A stretch of 61,564 nucleotides of DNA, the filler included. It is 3 parts of 3 records of this genome, joined end to end, with 100 filler letters (N's around TTAATTAATTAA, not from the genome) between each part and the next. Parts side by side here need not be neighbours in the genome. Positions count along the whole stretch, not along the records: positions 42,491 to 61,564 come from SRR31156797_8202; 2 more parts are not named here. The stretch is one strand, 5' to 3'. Below, one piece after another: positions 47,113-57,272 of this stretch (its first letter is position 1; every line of letters starts with the position of its first letter). Position numbers and translations under genes: made by a program. Below the pieces are notes generated by a model. It was not told the DNA's origin and did not search any database. It saw nothing but the letters and a program-made list of their open reading frames with translations.

Positions 47113-47721
47113 TTATGTTTCCTGTATGGCAAGTAGCATTTCTGGTCTGACTTTTTGCAGGAAGCCATAGGCAGATGCACAGATGCAGCCTTCGATGACC
47201 ATGATGGGAATGTGTCCGTAGACGATCATTTGTGCTGCTGAAGCAAAGCTTTCATCAGTAAATGATAGGGCCAGAGCGGTCAGGAGTGCGGAAAGGGCTA
47301 TGGATACGGCCCCGCAAAGGAAGGCTCCGAGACTCATGCTGAAGACATTCTTATTGAGCAGCGGGCGAAATATGTAATGACATGCCACTGCGGGCAGAGC
47401 CATGGTCGCGGTATTTACACCAATTACAGTCAGCCCGCCGTATTGAAAAAGGACCGCCTGCAGCAGTAATCCGGTCAGGATTGCCGGAAAAGCCGCCCAG
47501 CCGAGCAGGAGTCCCATAAGGCCGCTGAGGATCAGGTGTGCACTGGAAGGTCCAATGGGGATGTGGATCAGGGAGGCGATAAAAAAGACTGACGAAAGCA
47601 GGGCCACGGAAACAAGTTTTTCCGAATCAAGCTTTCTCAGGCCGATCATGGTTCCTGTTGCCGCTATAACTGCACCGCTGGCAAGCACCGGCAGTGAAAG
47701 AACTCCTTCCGATATGTGCAT
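47113..47721 (-). CDS. cbiM: CbiM/NikM ECF-type Co/Ni transporter substrate-binding component
   Basis: N-terminal MHISEG metal motif, PSSAHL, QAVLFQYGG, IGVN. Confidence 0.9.
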   Translation of the reverse strand: MHISEGVLSLPVLASGAVIAATGTMIGLRKLDSEKLVSVALLSSVFFIASLIHIPIGPSSAHLILSGLMGLLLGWAAFPAILTGLLLQAVLFQYGGLTVIGVNTATMALPAVACHYIFRPLLNKNVFSMSLGAFLCGAVSIALSALLTALALSFTDESFASAAQMIVYGHIPIMVIEGCICASAYGFLQKVRPEMLLAIQET

Positions 47722-47869
47722 ACTCTTATTCCTTATTAATAATGAGTAGGGCATACTTAGTCCTCTTTTTAAATATGTGAGGTCTGAGCTGCATACTTTT
47801 TTTGAAAGTATAGCACAGGAGAGGGCGTGTCAAGCAGGGGCCGTGGATTCTTTGTTCTATGAAGTTTTT

Positions 47870-49495
47870 TTAGCGGAATTTATTCAGCATTTTCAGTAGT
47901 TTTTTATTTTCAATAGGTTTAGCAAGGTAGTCGTTCATCCCTGAATCAAGGAACTTTTCCCGGTCGCCTTTCATGGCATAGGCAGTCATGGCGATGATCG
48001 GGATGTCTTTGTTGTTTTTGCCTGCCTCGCCATTTCTAATAGCCTTAGTGGCGGCAATTCCGTCCATGATTGGCATCTGAATGTCCATCATTATTATATG
48101 GAACTCTTCTTCAGCTGCGGTGTCCACGGCCAGCTGTCCATTTTCGACCGCAATTACTTCACATCCGGCCAGTTCCATTTGGCGTTTAGCCGCCAGTCTG
48201 TTGATGGCTTCGTCTTCGACCAAAAGAATTTTAAGTTTGTTTTTTGAGTCCTTGGGCTTGTAAATATCTGCTGGTGTAGTTTTACTTGATGCGGGGAGTC
48301 CAAAGGGGACACAGAAATATACCGTTGTCCCAATGCCCAGTTCGCTCTCAATTGCTATATTGCCGCCCATGAGTTCCACAAGCTGTTTGCATATTGTCAA
48401 ACCAAGTCCAGCACCTTGATGATTTCGTTGATAACCCTTACTGAGCTGGATAAAAGGCGAGAATAGTTCTTCCATTTTGCTGTCAGGGATGCCCGGACCC
48501 GTATCACTGACGCTGAACAGGATTTTAGTTGTTTCTGTTGCGGCATGAGGGAGGGGAGATGTTTCAACCCTGATGATTCCATTATTTGTAAACTTAATTG
48601 CGTTGCCTATAATGTTGGTCAATACCTGCTGCAGCCGGGAAGAGTCGCCAGTCATTTTCTGTATAATTGTCGGGTGAATGGCTAGCTCTATTCTCAGTCC
48701 TTTTTGCCGGGCAGATGGGCGGTAGAGATCAACTAAGTTTTGCATTAATTCCGGTAGGTCAAAAGGAGCAGGGTCAACAGCGAGTTTACCAGCTTCGACC
48801 CGGGAAAGGTCAAGAATATCCGAGAGCAGAGTAGTAAGCCTTTTGGCACCCATAACTGCTAGATCAATGTATTCAAGTTGTTCTTTGCCTTGCAGAGTTG
48901 ATTTGAGCAATTGCAGCATGCCCAGCACTCCGTTTAGCGGGGTGCGTATTTCGTGACTCATATTTGCGAGGAATTCGCTTTTCGCCCTGCTGGCGGATTC
49001 TGCCTGTTCCTTGGCCCGGATTAGCTGACGGTGTGCTTTTTTTATTTCAGTAAGATCTACATCAATACAGTACATGTATTTTGATCCATCCGGGTTTTCC
49101 TGCATGACGTGGGCGGAGTATACAGGCACAGTGCTGCCATCTTTGCGAATCAAGTCCAGTTCCCCGGCTGGGATGTGGATTCCTTTTTCGTGCCAGTCCT
49201 GGATATGGCTGATCACTCCTTCACGCATGTATTCAGGGATGATCAGGTCTTCAAGTTTTTCGCCCAGAGCTTCTTCCTGCGAGTATCCATAGAGTTTTTC
49301 GCTGGCTTTATTCCAGAAAACAACCTTGCGATTCTTGTCATATCCCTGAACAGAAACCATCTCGACATGGTCGATTAGTTTCCTGAATCGTTCTTCAAGA
49401 TACTTATCTGTCCCGTAAAGCTGATCCTCAAGTTTAGCTATGCGTTTGTCTCTTAGCTTTAATTCTTTAATCAACTGTTCTTTGCTCATATCCAT
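47870..49495 (-). CDS. PAS-domain hybrid sensor histidine kinase/response regulator
   Basis: PAS (FWNKASEKLYGYS), FLANMSHEIRTPLNG, NAIKFT, DTGPG, GAGLGL, REC (MDIQMP, LAKP). Confidence 0.95.
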   Translation of the reverse strand: MDMSKEQLIKELKLRDKRIAKLEDQLYGTDKYLEERFRKLIDHVEMVSVQGYDKNRKVVFWNKASEKLYGYSQEEALGEKLEDLIIPEYMREGVISHIQDWHEKGIHIPAGELDLIRKDGSTVPVYSAHVMQENPDGSKYMYCIDVDLTEIKKAHRQLIRAKEQAESASRAKSEFLANMSHEIRTPLNGVLGMLQLLKSTLQGKEQLEYIDLAVMGAKRLTTLLSDILDLSRVEAGKLAVDPAPFDLPELMQNLVDLYRPSARQKGLRIELAIHPTIIQKMTGDSSRLQQVLTNIIGNAIKFTNNGIIRVETSPLPHAATETTKILFSVSDTGPGIPDSKMEELFSPFIQLSKGYQRNHQGAGLGLTICKQLVELMGGNIAIESELGIGTTVYFCVPFGLPASSKTTPADIYKPKDSKNKLKILLVEDEAINRLAAKRQMELAGCEVIAVENGQLAVDTAAEEEFHIIMMDIQMPIMDGIAATKAIRNGEAGKNNKDIPIIAMTAYAMKGDREKFLDSGMNDYLAKPIENKKLLKMLNKFR

Positions 49496-49975
49496 AGTAT
49501 ATATCCCAAGGTTTTCATGAAGATTCCTATAAATATGCCATATTGCTCTGCTCATGCACAAGGTTGATTTGATTTTTGTGGAAGAAAGTTCCTGCCAATT
49601 TTATGACCAGATGTTTGTGAGGTGTGTATAGGTTGGATTGTGTGTTATTCTAGCGAGTTGTGTGCTTTATGGTTCTTAGTGTTCATTGGTATACATGTTG
49701 CTTCCTCTGGTGCAGGAGGTAAGAAATGCGTAAAAAATTATTTTCTGAGAAAGCCATACCCGTTTTATTTGATGTAGTGGTTTGGGGAGGGTTTGCAGCT
49801 TTTTTGTTTGCGACTTACATCGCTTGCCAGACATTTTTGGAGAGGTTCTCCGGTCCGGTGAATAAAATTTTGAGTATGTTTCAGGACTTTGTGGCTTGAT
49901 CGTAGTGCTTGTTTCTTTGAGTTGATCCCGGCATCAGGTCTCTGCTGAATCAGGCAGGTGATTTTCCGATTAGGG

Positions 49976-50029
49976 TTGACTTCATTCTAATCAGGGTTAC
50001 ATTAAGAAGTGAAAATGAAATCCCCTATC
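49976..50029 (+). promoter_or_regulatory. Putative sigma70 promoter with Fur-like box
   Basis: TTGACT-N16-TACATT, then GTGAAAATGAAATCCCCTATC just upstream of a small Cys-rich gene. Confidence 0.4.
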
Positions 50030-50042
50030 AATGGAGTCTTTG

Positions 50043-50219
50043 ATGGAAAATTTAATAGTCTTCGGTGCTATTGGAATAGCTGTAGTCTATCTGGCCAGAA
50101 AATGGTTTGGTAAAGGTGGGGGCGGTTGTGGCTGTGGTTGCGACTGTTCAGCGTCTAAAGGTGGAGCAGGATGTTGCGGGGAAGGGAATGATTGCATCGA
50201 TGATCTTCGACAAAAGTAG
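50043..50219 (+). CDS. Small Cys-rich membrane protein (FeoB-associated type)
   Basis: Single TM then GGGGCGCGCDC..GCC..C; GGAG RBS before ATG 50043; terminator downstream. Confidence 0.7.
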   Translation: MENLIVFGAIGIAVVYLARKWFGKGGGGCGCGCDCSASKGGAGCCGEGNDCIDDLRQK

Positions 50220-50305
50220 TAATAGTGAATAAATATATGTTTTTTCAAGTGGTTAGAAGTTCTTTTGCCTGTGTTTAGATTTGAAGTGATAGTATTAACA
50301 TACTT

Positions 50306-50337
50306 GGCCGTCCGCGTTTAGCGGGCGGCTTTTTTTT
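50306..50337 (+). terminator. Intrinsic terminator
   Basis: GCCGTCCGC / GCGGGCGGC plus T run. Confidence 0.75.
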
Positions 50338-50932
50338 GTTCTGACAGGCACACACGTATAAATGAATGCTATTTTCATAATTAGCTACTTAGGCAGTAGG
50401 TTTTCAGGTAAAAAGAAGCTTTTTAGATGTGCAGAAACAAAAATGTAAATCGCATTGTGAAAAAATGTTCAAATATGTTGTTTTTCGGCTGAAATTGGGT
50501 TCGATAGTGAACTTTTACACCGTCAATAATAAGGGGGAATGAAAATGAGATTGCACATTTGATAAAGGGTGCCGTAAGGGGGAAGGAATTTTTGAAAAGA
50601 AAAAAAACAATTAAAATTAGTGACTTGAATGTGTAAAGAGTTGTTGTTTGTTTTTGCATGAGAGCGAAAAAGAGTCTCATGGAAAGGCAACTTTATAACT
50701 TACTCACTAAATTTTTTTTTAGCTACTCTTTTTTGCTGAAATTGTCAGAGGATTGTGTTAAGTACATGTTACTTTCAGCTCGTCTCATTGCCACATTTTA
50801 TTTCAGGCTAGACGAATTCGTTCTCGTAAATTACTGGTTTCCTTTAAAAAATTTGGGTTTAACAAGAATGTGTATCCGCATGCTCCCCCGCTTGCGGCGA
50901 TGTGTTCCATTCTCAAACCATAGGGAGGGGAA

Positions 50933-52756
50933 GTGGCCAAGAAGAAGATTAGGTTCATGTGTACAGCCTTTCGTGACGGTTTTCAGTCCGTTTACGGGGC
51001 CAGAGTTAAGACCGATGATTTCCTGCCAGCCGTAGAAGCGGCAAAGGAAGCAGGTATCGACTGGTTTGAAGCTGGCGGAGGCGCACGGTTCCAGGCCCTC
51101 TACTTTTATTCCAATGAATGTGCCTTTGATATGATGGACAGGTTCAGGGAGACCGCAGGTCCCGACGCCGACCTTCAGACACTCGCTCGCGGTGTCAACG
51201 TTGTCGGACTTGAATCCCAGCCTAGCGATGTCATCAAAGCCCATGCCGACCTTTTTGCCAAGCACGGCATCACCACCATCCGTAACTTCGACGCTCTCAA
51301 CGACGTCAACAACCTGATCTACAGCGGTCAGTGTATTGCCAATGCCGGACTGAAACACCAGGTTGTAGTTTCCATGATGGAACTGCCTCCGGGATGTTCC
51401 GGTGCGCATGATGCCGCTTTTTACGAGAAGACCCTGCGTCAGATTCTTGATGCGGATATTCCTTTTGATTCTGTTTGTTTTAAAGACGCTTCCGGAACAT
51501 CTACCCCGTCCAAGGTTTATGAAACCATCAAGGCGGCTAAAAAGATGTTGCCCGAGGATGTCCTGCTTCATTTTCATACCCATGAAACAGCAGGGATCGG
51601 TGGACTTTGTTATCACTCGGCTATCGAAGCCGGCGCAGATGCCATTGACCTGTCCATGGCTCCCGCTTCAGGTGGAACTTGTCAGACAGATATCATTACC
51701 ATGTGGCACATTCTGCGTGGTACTGATTATACTATTGATGTTGATATTGATAAGATCATCGAGGCTGAAGACGTTTTCCGTGATTGCATGAAGGATTACT
51801 TTCTGCCCCCGGAAGCAACTCAGGTCGATCCCATGATTCCCTTCAGCCCCATGCCCGGTGGCGCATTGACTGCGAATACCCAGATGCTCAGGGATAACGG
51901 TCTCATGGATAAATATCCCGAAATCATTCGTGCAATGAGTGAAGTTGTGCGCAAGGGTGGATTCGGTACTTCCGTTACTCCTGTTTCCCAGTTTTACTTC
52001 CAGCAGGCTTTCAATAACGTAATGTTCGGGCCTTGGAAGAAGTTTGCTGACGGTTACGGCAAGATGGTACTGGGGTACTTCGGTAAGACTCCGGTCGAGC
52101 CTGATGCGGAAATTGTCAAGCTCGCATCCGAGCAGATGGAGCTTGAACCGACCAAGAAGACTCCGCTTGAAATCAACGACGCGGATTCGTCTAAAGGTCT
52201 CGCTCCTGCACGTGAAACCTGTGAAAAAGAAGGTTTCGAGCTTACCGATGAGAATGTGTTCATCGTGGCAACTTGCAAAGACAAGGGTGTCAGCTATCTC
52301 AAAGGTGAAGCCCGTGTCGGTGTTCGTTATAAGAAGGATGTCGAAGCAGAGCAGCTTAAAAAGCTGGGTGCTACCGTTGGCGGCGGTTCCGGTTCCGGAA
52401 CAGTTAACGTCACCGTGGATGGTCAGGCCTACACTGTAAATGTGGACGGTTCCACTGCCACAGTGAACGGCAAGTCCTTCAATATCGGTGCCGGTGATGC
52501 TCCCGCAGGCGGTGCGGCTCCCGCTGCTCCAGCTGGTGCAACTGAACCTGTTGCTGCTCCCATGCCCGGTCTGATTATCAGGATGGCTGTTGAGCCCGGA
52601 ACTCAGGTTCAGGAAGGGCAGACAATCATCGTCATGGAAGCCATGAAGATGGAAATGGAAGTCAAGGCGCACAAGGCCGGTACTGTCACCTCCTTCGCCG
52701 TCACCGCCGGTGATCAGGTGCAGCAGGGACAGCCCCTCGCCCAGATGACCATATAA
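50933..52756 (+). CDS. oadA: Oxaloacetate decarboxylase alpha / pyruvate carboxylase B-type carboxyltransferase with biotin domain
   Basis: RDGFQS, GGGARF, FDALND, FKD, HTH, MPGG, VTPVSQ, EAMKM biotinylation motif. Confidence 0.85.
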   Translation: MAKKKIRFMCTAFRDGFQSVYGARVKTDDFLPAVEAAKEAGIDWFEAGGGARFQALYFYSNECAFDMMDRFRETAGPDADLQTLARGVNVVGLESQPSDVIKAHADLFAKHGITTIRNFDALNDVNNLIYSGQCIANAGLKHQVVVSMMELPPGCSGAHDAAFYEKTLRQILDADIPFDSVCFKDASGTSTPSKVYETIKAAKKMLPEDVLLHFHTHETAGIGGLCYHSAIEAGADAIDLSMAPASGGTCQTDIITMWHILRGTDYTIDVDIDKIIEAEDVFRDCMKDYFLPPEATQVDPMIPFSPMPGGALTANTQMLRDNGLMDKYPEIIRAMSEVVRKGGFGTSVTPVSQFYFQQAFNNVMFGPWKKFADGYGKMVLGYFGKTPVEPDAEIVKLASEQMELEPTKKTPLEINDADSSKGLAPARETCEKEGFELTDENVFIVATCKDKGVSYLKGEARVGVRYKKDVEAEQLKKLGATVGGGSGSGTVNVTVDGQAYTVNVDGSTATVNGKSFNIGAGDAPAGGAAPAAPAGATEPVAAPMPGLIIRMAVEPGTQVQEGQTIIVMEAMKMEMEVKAHKAGTVTSFAVTAGDQVQQGQPLAQMTI

Positions 52757-52786
52757 TCTCCTGACCTCTAATTAAATAAGGAGATA

Positions 52787-53068
52787 ATGATGCAACAAAT
52801 GTTGTTCAGTTGGGACAACGTGGTCGCGGGTAACGGCGTAGCACTTTCTATCACAGGCATGAGCATCGTGTTCGTAGCCCTGATTCTGGTAAGTACTTAT
52901 ATTGCGCTGCTCCCCAAGATCGCTGCGTTCTGCAATAAGATTATACCGCCAGCAGCCCATCACAGCGGGCCTGTGGCCAATGCTCCGGCGCCGAATATTA
53001 AAACCGGCTCCTCAGAAGCAGAGGTTGTGGCTGCTGCCGTGGCGTATCTGCATAAAAACAAGGGCTAG
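52787..53068 (+). CDS. oadG: Na+-decarboxylase gamma subunit (OadG family)
   Basis: GMSIVF TM, Pro/Ala linker, EVVAAAVA. Confidence 0.85.
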   Translation: MMQQMLFSWDNVVAGNGVALSITGMSIVFVALILVSTYIALLPKIAAFCNKIIPPAAHHSGPVANAPAPNIKTGSSEAEVVAAAVAYLHKNKG

Positions 53069-53077
53069 ATAGACGTT

Positions 53078-54205
53078 ATGGATATACTTCTGCACTTTAT
53101 AAGTACTACGGGCTTTGCAGAGATGACTCCCGGTAACTTCATCATGATCGTCATCGGAGCCATATTCATTGCCCTTGCTATTATTAAGGACTACGAGCCA
53201 CTGCTGCTCCTGCCCATCGGGTTTGGTGCCATCGTGGGTAACATCCCGTCTATCGCCGGGATGCCGCTCAGTGTTTATGATGAAGGCAGTGTGCTTTACT
53301 ATATCTACTTCGGGGTCAGCGCAGGGATCTTTCCTCCGTTGATCTTCCTCGGCATCGGAGCCATGACCGATTTTTCGTGCATGCTCTCCAACCCGAGGCT
53401 GGTGCTGCTCGGCGCAGCAGCCCAGATGGGTATTTTTGCAACCCTCATCGGAGCCATGTACATGGGCTTCACTCCCAGTGAGGCCGGTGCTATCGGTATT
53501 ATTGGCGGGGCGGACGGGCCTACGGCTATCTTCCTCTCTTCTAAGCTGGCACCGCATCTCCTAGGGGCAATTGCCATTGCCGCGTATTCATACATGGCAC
53601 TGGTCCCGGTCATCCAGCCTCCGATTATGAAGCTGATGACCTCCAAGAAAGAGCGACTCATCCGCATGAGCGCGCCCCGTGAAGTTTCCACCCGTGAAAA
53701 GATTCTTTTCCCCGTTGGTGGATTCATCATCACCGCACTTATCGCTCCGGGGTCACTTGCTCTGGTCGGTATGCTCTTCTTCGGTAACCTGCTTAAAGAA
53801 TCCGGCGTTACAGAGCGTCTGGCTGAGACTGCGCGTACTGCGCTTATTGACTCAGTTACCATCCTGCTCGGTTTCTCCGTTGGTGCATCCACTCAGGCTC
53901 AGACCTTCCTGACTCCTGACAGCCTGCTCATCTTCGGGCTGGGTGCTGCCTCCTTCTGCGTTGCTACTGCCAGTGGTCTTGCCTTTGCTAAACTCATGAA
54001 CTTGGTTTGCAAGGACAAGATCAACCCGCTGATCGGAGCTGCAGGCGTATCCGCTGTTCCTGACTCTGCTCGAGTCGTACAGATGGTTGCTCGTGACGAA
54101 GATCCGCATAACTTCCTGCTCATGCATGCCATGGCCCCCAACGTAGCCGGGGTTCTCGGTTCCGCAGTTGGTGCAGGTGTTCTCTGGTCCGTTCTGGCAA
54201 TGTAG
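53078..54205 (+). CDS. oadB: Na+-translocating decarboxylase beta subunit
   Basis: EPLLLLPIGFG, GIGAMTDF, IGIIGGADGPT, AYSYMALVP, GVSAVP, HAMAPN. Confidence 0.95.
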   Translation: MDILLHFISTTGFAEMTPGNFIMIVIGAIFIALAIIKDYEPLLLLPIGFGAIVGNIPSIAGMPLSVYDEGSVLYYIYFGVSAGIFPPLIFLGIGAMTDFSCMLSNPRLVLLGAAAQMGIFATLIGAMYMGFTPSEAGAIGIIGGADGPTAIFLSSKLAPHLLGAIAIAAYSYMALVPVIQPPIMKLMTSKKERLIRMSAPREVSTREKILFPVGGFIITALIAPGSLALVGMLFFGNLLKESGVTERLAETARTALIDSVTILLGFSVGASTQAQTFLTPDSLLIFGLGAASFCVATASGLAFAKLMNLVCKDKINPLIGAAGVSAVPDSARVVQMVARDEDPHNFLLMHAMAPNVAGVLGSAVGAGVLWSVLAM

Positions 54206-54216
54206 GAGAAATCAGG

Positions 54217-54324
54217 ATGAATAAGCTTTCCAAACAAACTGTGATGACCAAACGCAAGCGTAAGCTTGCGGCTGTGAATACCGGAAAACCGGAAAGCAAG
54301 CTGGAAACAGCAGGTCGAAACTGA
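54217..54324 (+). CDS. Putative small basic protein (35 aa), not in ORF track
   Basis: AGGAG overlapping the oadB stop; MNKLSKQTVMTKRKRKLAAVNTGKPESKLETAGRN; ends just before the terminator. Confidence 0.45.
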   Translation: MNKLSKQTVMTKRKRKLAAVNTGKPESKLETAGRN

Positions 54325-54332
54325 CCGAATAC

Positions 54333-54365
54333 AAGGCGCATTCCCGAGCAGGGAATGCGCCTTTT
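54333..54365 (+). terminator. Intrinsic terminator of the oad operon
   Basis: AAGGCGCATTCCC / GGGAATGCGCCTT plus TT. Confidence 0.8.
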
Positions 54366-54566
54366 CATTTGTGATACCCCGGCAGGGGGAAGTGTGAACA
54401 TTATTGGTCTAATTGTGTAAAAATTTGCGAAGCCGAACAGGGAAGCTGTTCATTAGGGAAAACTTATTAATTTTAAGTGAATGAACAGTGGCAATTTATC
54501 GCAAATGGCGTTAATGGCGACTTCCAGAAGTCGTGACGACTTACATTTTCTTTGGAGGAAAAAACA

Positions 54567-56309
54567 GTGGCTAGTCAGTCAACCTATGAGTTTTACAAAG
54601 ATGACCTTTCCAAGATTCCGCCTCTCCGGGCGATTGCGGAAACTCTGCTTGCAGATAAACGGGTAAGAAAAGTTAATGCGGCAGAAGCCTATGAGCTTGC
54701 CCGCAAGCAGTGGGATGTAATGGAAACAGATCATCCTATTTATCCTGAAGCGGCAAAAAGACTCGGCCTGCCCGAGGGAGCAAAATTGCTCAACCATTGC
54801 CACGGAAAGATTGTCGGCCGTACCGCCATGGCCCGCCGTTTTTACAACCGTCTGAACGGACCGGACCAGCGCAAGGTTCTCGGAGATTTACGGGAAGCTA
54901 TCTCCGACATGCAGGAACGTCCGCTCATCAAGGCCGAAGCTATCGTCGGTCTGGATCAGGACCTGATGATCAGGGCTACCATTCTCGGCGGCGAAGACGA
55001 TGCTGCCAATATTTTTAACTGGCTGGTCAATTTCACCCCTTTTGATGAACTCGCAAAAGAGTACGCCAAGAGCGCGAAACTGCCCATTCAGGATATCATC
55101 ATTATCGGAGACAACCTCTGGCGTAATGATGATACCTTCTACCACAATCAGGGTAACCCGCAGTTGGCTCTTGTGGATGAAGATTGCAACGTTATTTTTA
55201 ACTTCGGCATGCGTTATTTCGGTGAGCGCAAGAAGGGTACTCTTACTCTCGCATGGACATCCGGTATCCGTGTAGGCATGGCTGCCTGCCATGGCGGTAT
55301 TAAGGAAATTGATTTCGCCAATTGCCCGGAAAAAGACATCAAAGCACTGGGTAAGAAGTCCATCGCTTTCTTTGGTCTGTCCGGTACCGGTAAATCATCC
55401 CATACCAACTCTCATGATAATGGCGGAACCCTGCCTAAAGGATTTGCCAAGAAAGTCCTGCATGACGATGCTTTCCAGATTGATATTGAAAACCGCGTCT
55501 GTCGCGCATGGGAACCGACTCTTTTCGACAAGACCGACTCCCGTCCCTTGGGACATCCAGACTGGAAATACATGATTTCCGTAATGAACCACGCCATGCT
55601 GGAAATCGACGGTAAGGTCATGCCCCTCGGTGAAGATATCCGTAATCCTAACGGCCGTGCGCTCATCGACCGCGATGTTATCGGTGATCATGTCAACCGT
55701 TGCACCTTCCCGGATTCTCTGTGCTGGCTCATGAAGGATACCTGTCTGCCACCGATCATTCGCTTCACAGATACCTATCTTGCTGTTGCAATGGGTGCGG
55801 CGTTGATGACCAAGCGTAACCTTGCGGAAAACGTTTCCGAGGAAGAGCTTAAGAAGCTGGTCTTCATTCCTTACGCTAACCCTTTCCGTGTTTACGAGCT
55901 CTGGAAAGACGTTGAAGCATTCGCCCACGTTTTTGACAGTGGCGCACATGGCTACAGCTTCAACTCCGTAGGTTTTTGGCGTTCTTCCGATACCGATCTT
56001 AATCCCATTCCCCTGCAGACTTCATTGACCCTGCAGACCATGATTCTGACTGACGAACTGGAATGGGAAGATTGGGAGTTGCTGCCTGGTGCGCAGATTC
56101 CAAAGCGTAATTGTATGGAAAAAATTCTGCCTGGTTTCTACGATACCTACAATCCCGCTAACGTGGAGCACAGAGCCGAGTACTTCCAGACTCTTAAGGA
56201 CCGCTTTGCGCAGCGCAGGCATTTCCTTGAGCAGACCGAAGACCTCAATTGCAAGCCTGAATTGCTCGCTAAGCTGACCAATGCTTTGCATATTAAAGGC
56301 TGGTTTTAG
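54567..56309 (+). CDS. pckA: Phosphoenolpyruvate carboxykinase (ATP)-family protein, divergent
   Basis: YFGERKKG, CHGG, FFGLSGTGKS P-loop, LHDD, NGRA; GGAGG RBS before GTG 54567. Confidence 0.8.
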   Translation: MASQSTYEFYKDDLSKIPPLRAIAETLLADKRVRKVNAAEAYELARKQWDVMETDHPIYPEAAKRLGLPEGAKLLNHCHGKIVGRTAMARRFYNRLNGPDQRKVLGDLREAISDMQERPLIKAEAIVGLDQDLMIRATILGGEDDAANIFNWLVNFTPFDELAKEYAKSAKLPIQDIIIIGDNLWRNDDTFYHNQGNPQLALVDEDCNVIFNFGMRYFGERKKGTLTLAWTSGIRVGMAACHGGIKEIDFANCPEKDIKALGKKSIAFFGLSGTGKSSHTNSHDNGGTLPKGFAKKVLHDDAFQIDIENRVCRAWEPTLFDKTDSRPLGHPDWKYMISVMNHAMLEIDGKVMPLGEDIRNPNGRALIDRDVIGDHVNRCTFPDSLCWLMKDTCLPPIIRFTDTYLAVAMGAALMTKRNLAENVSEEELKKLVFIPYANPFRVYELWKDVEAFAHVFDSGAHGYSFNSVGFWRSSDTDLNPIPLQTSLTLQTMILTDELEWEDWELLPGAQIPKRNCMEKILPGFYDTYNPANVEHRAEYFQTLKDRFAQRRHFLEQTEDLNCKPELLAKLTNALHIKGWF

Positions 56310-56331
56310 TATTAAAAGCTAAAATAGATTT

Positions 56332-56368
56332 AAAACGCCCCGCAAACTGATGTTTGCGGGGCGTTTTT
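56332..56368 (+). terminator. Intrinsic terminator
   Basis: AAAACGCCCCGCAAA / TTTGCGGGGCGTTTT. Confidence 0.85.
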
Positions 56369-56489
56369 GGTTTTGGGCTTTTTTTGTTGTTATTGAGCTT
56401 GGGTGGTGCGCTTGACCACAATCCTCATCTTCGCTAGCGTTTTAAATCTATTATATTGCAGGGGGAAGGGATTTCTTGATGGGGGGTAA

Positions 56490-57272
56490 ATGTTCAGAGT
56501 TTTTATTTTGATAGTGGTAATAGTTTTTTTTGTGCCCGTTAGCGCTTTATGTGAAAAATTTATAGTTATTACAGAGAATAATCCTCCATTCAGCTATGAG
56601 GAGAATCAAATTGTTAAAGGTCTTGCAACTGATATTCTTATAGAATTGATGGAGTTGTCAGATATTCCACTAGAGAGAAGTGATATTAAAGTTTGGCCAT
56701 GGATGAGAGGTTTTAAAACCCTCAAGAGTCAGGAGGATGTGTTGCTTTACACGGTTGCAAGAACTCCAGAAAGAGAAAATATGTTTCAGTGGGTCGGGCC
56801 TATCTACGAGGTGAAACAATGTATCATGGCTTTGGGTGACTGTGAGATAGCTGATTTTACCTTTAACGATTTTTCGAAAATACGGATTGGCACGCTAAGA
56901 GGAAGCTCTTCCGAAACATTGCTTTTTGATTCAGGTATTCGTTTAGGCACTGTCGAAAGTCTTCATGATCCCGAATTGAATATAAAGAAAATGCTGAAAG
57001 GGCGCCTTGATGCCGTAGCATTCAGTGAAATAGCAGCACGTCACATGCTCGTATCTTTAGGGTATGATCCTGATAAATTAAAGATTTTATACCAATATGG
57101 CTCGGTTGAGTATTACATCGGTTTGAATATCAAAGCTGCCCCGAAAGTTGTTGAGCGGTTGCAGGAGTCTTTGGATTATCTCAAAACAAATGGCAGGGTT
57201 GATGATATAATCAATGGATATATGAATAAGGAGGAGAGACTTAGTGTGCTCCCCTCCCAAAATGCACACTAA
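56490..57272 (+). CDS. Periplasmic substrate-binding protein (SBP family 3), orphan
   Basis: Signal peptide, TENNPPFSY, PWMRG, RTPERE..WVGP, GRLDA. Confidence 0.85.
   Translation: MFRVFILIVVIVFFVPVSALCEKFIVITENNPPFSYEENQIVKGLATDILIELMELSDIPLERSDIKVWPWMRGFKTLKSQEDVLLYTVARTPERENMFQWVGPIYEVKQCIMALGDCEIADFTFNDFSKIRIGTLRGSSSETLLFDSGIRLGTVESLHDPELNIKKMLKGRLDAVAFSEIAARHMLVSLGYDPDKLKILYQYGSVEYYIGLNIKAAPKVVERLQESLDYLKTNGRVDDIINGYMNKEERLSVLPSQNAH

Noticed and set aside
51668-52672. 334-aa minus-strand ORF
   Set aside because: Antisense shadow of oadA with no recognisable motifs.
54489-54504. Sigma54 promoter upstream of pckA
   Set aside because: GG-to-GC spacing is 9 nt rather than the required 10.
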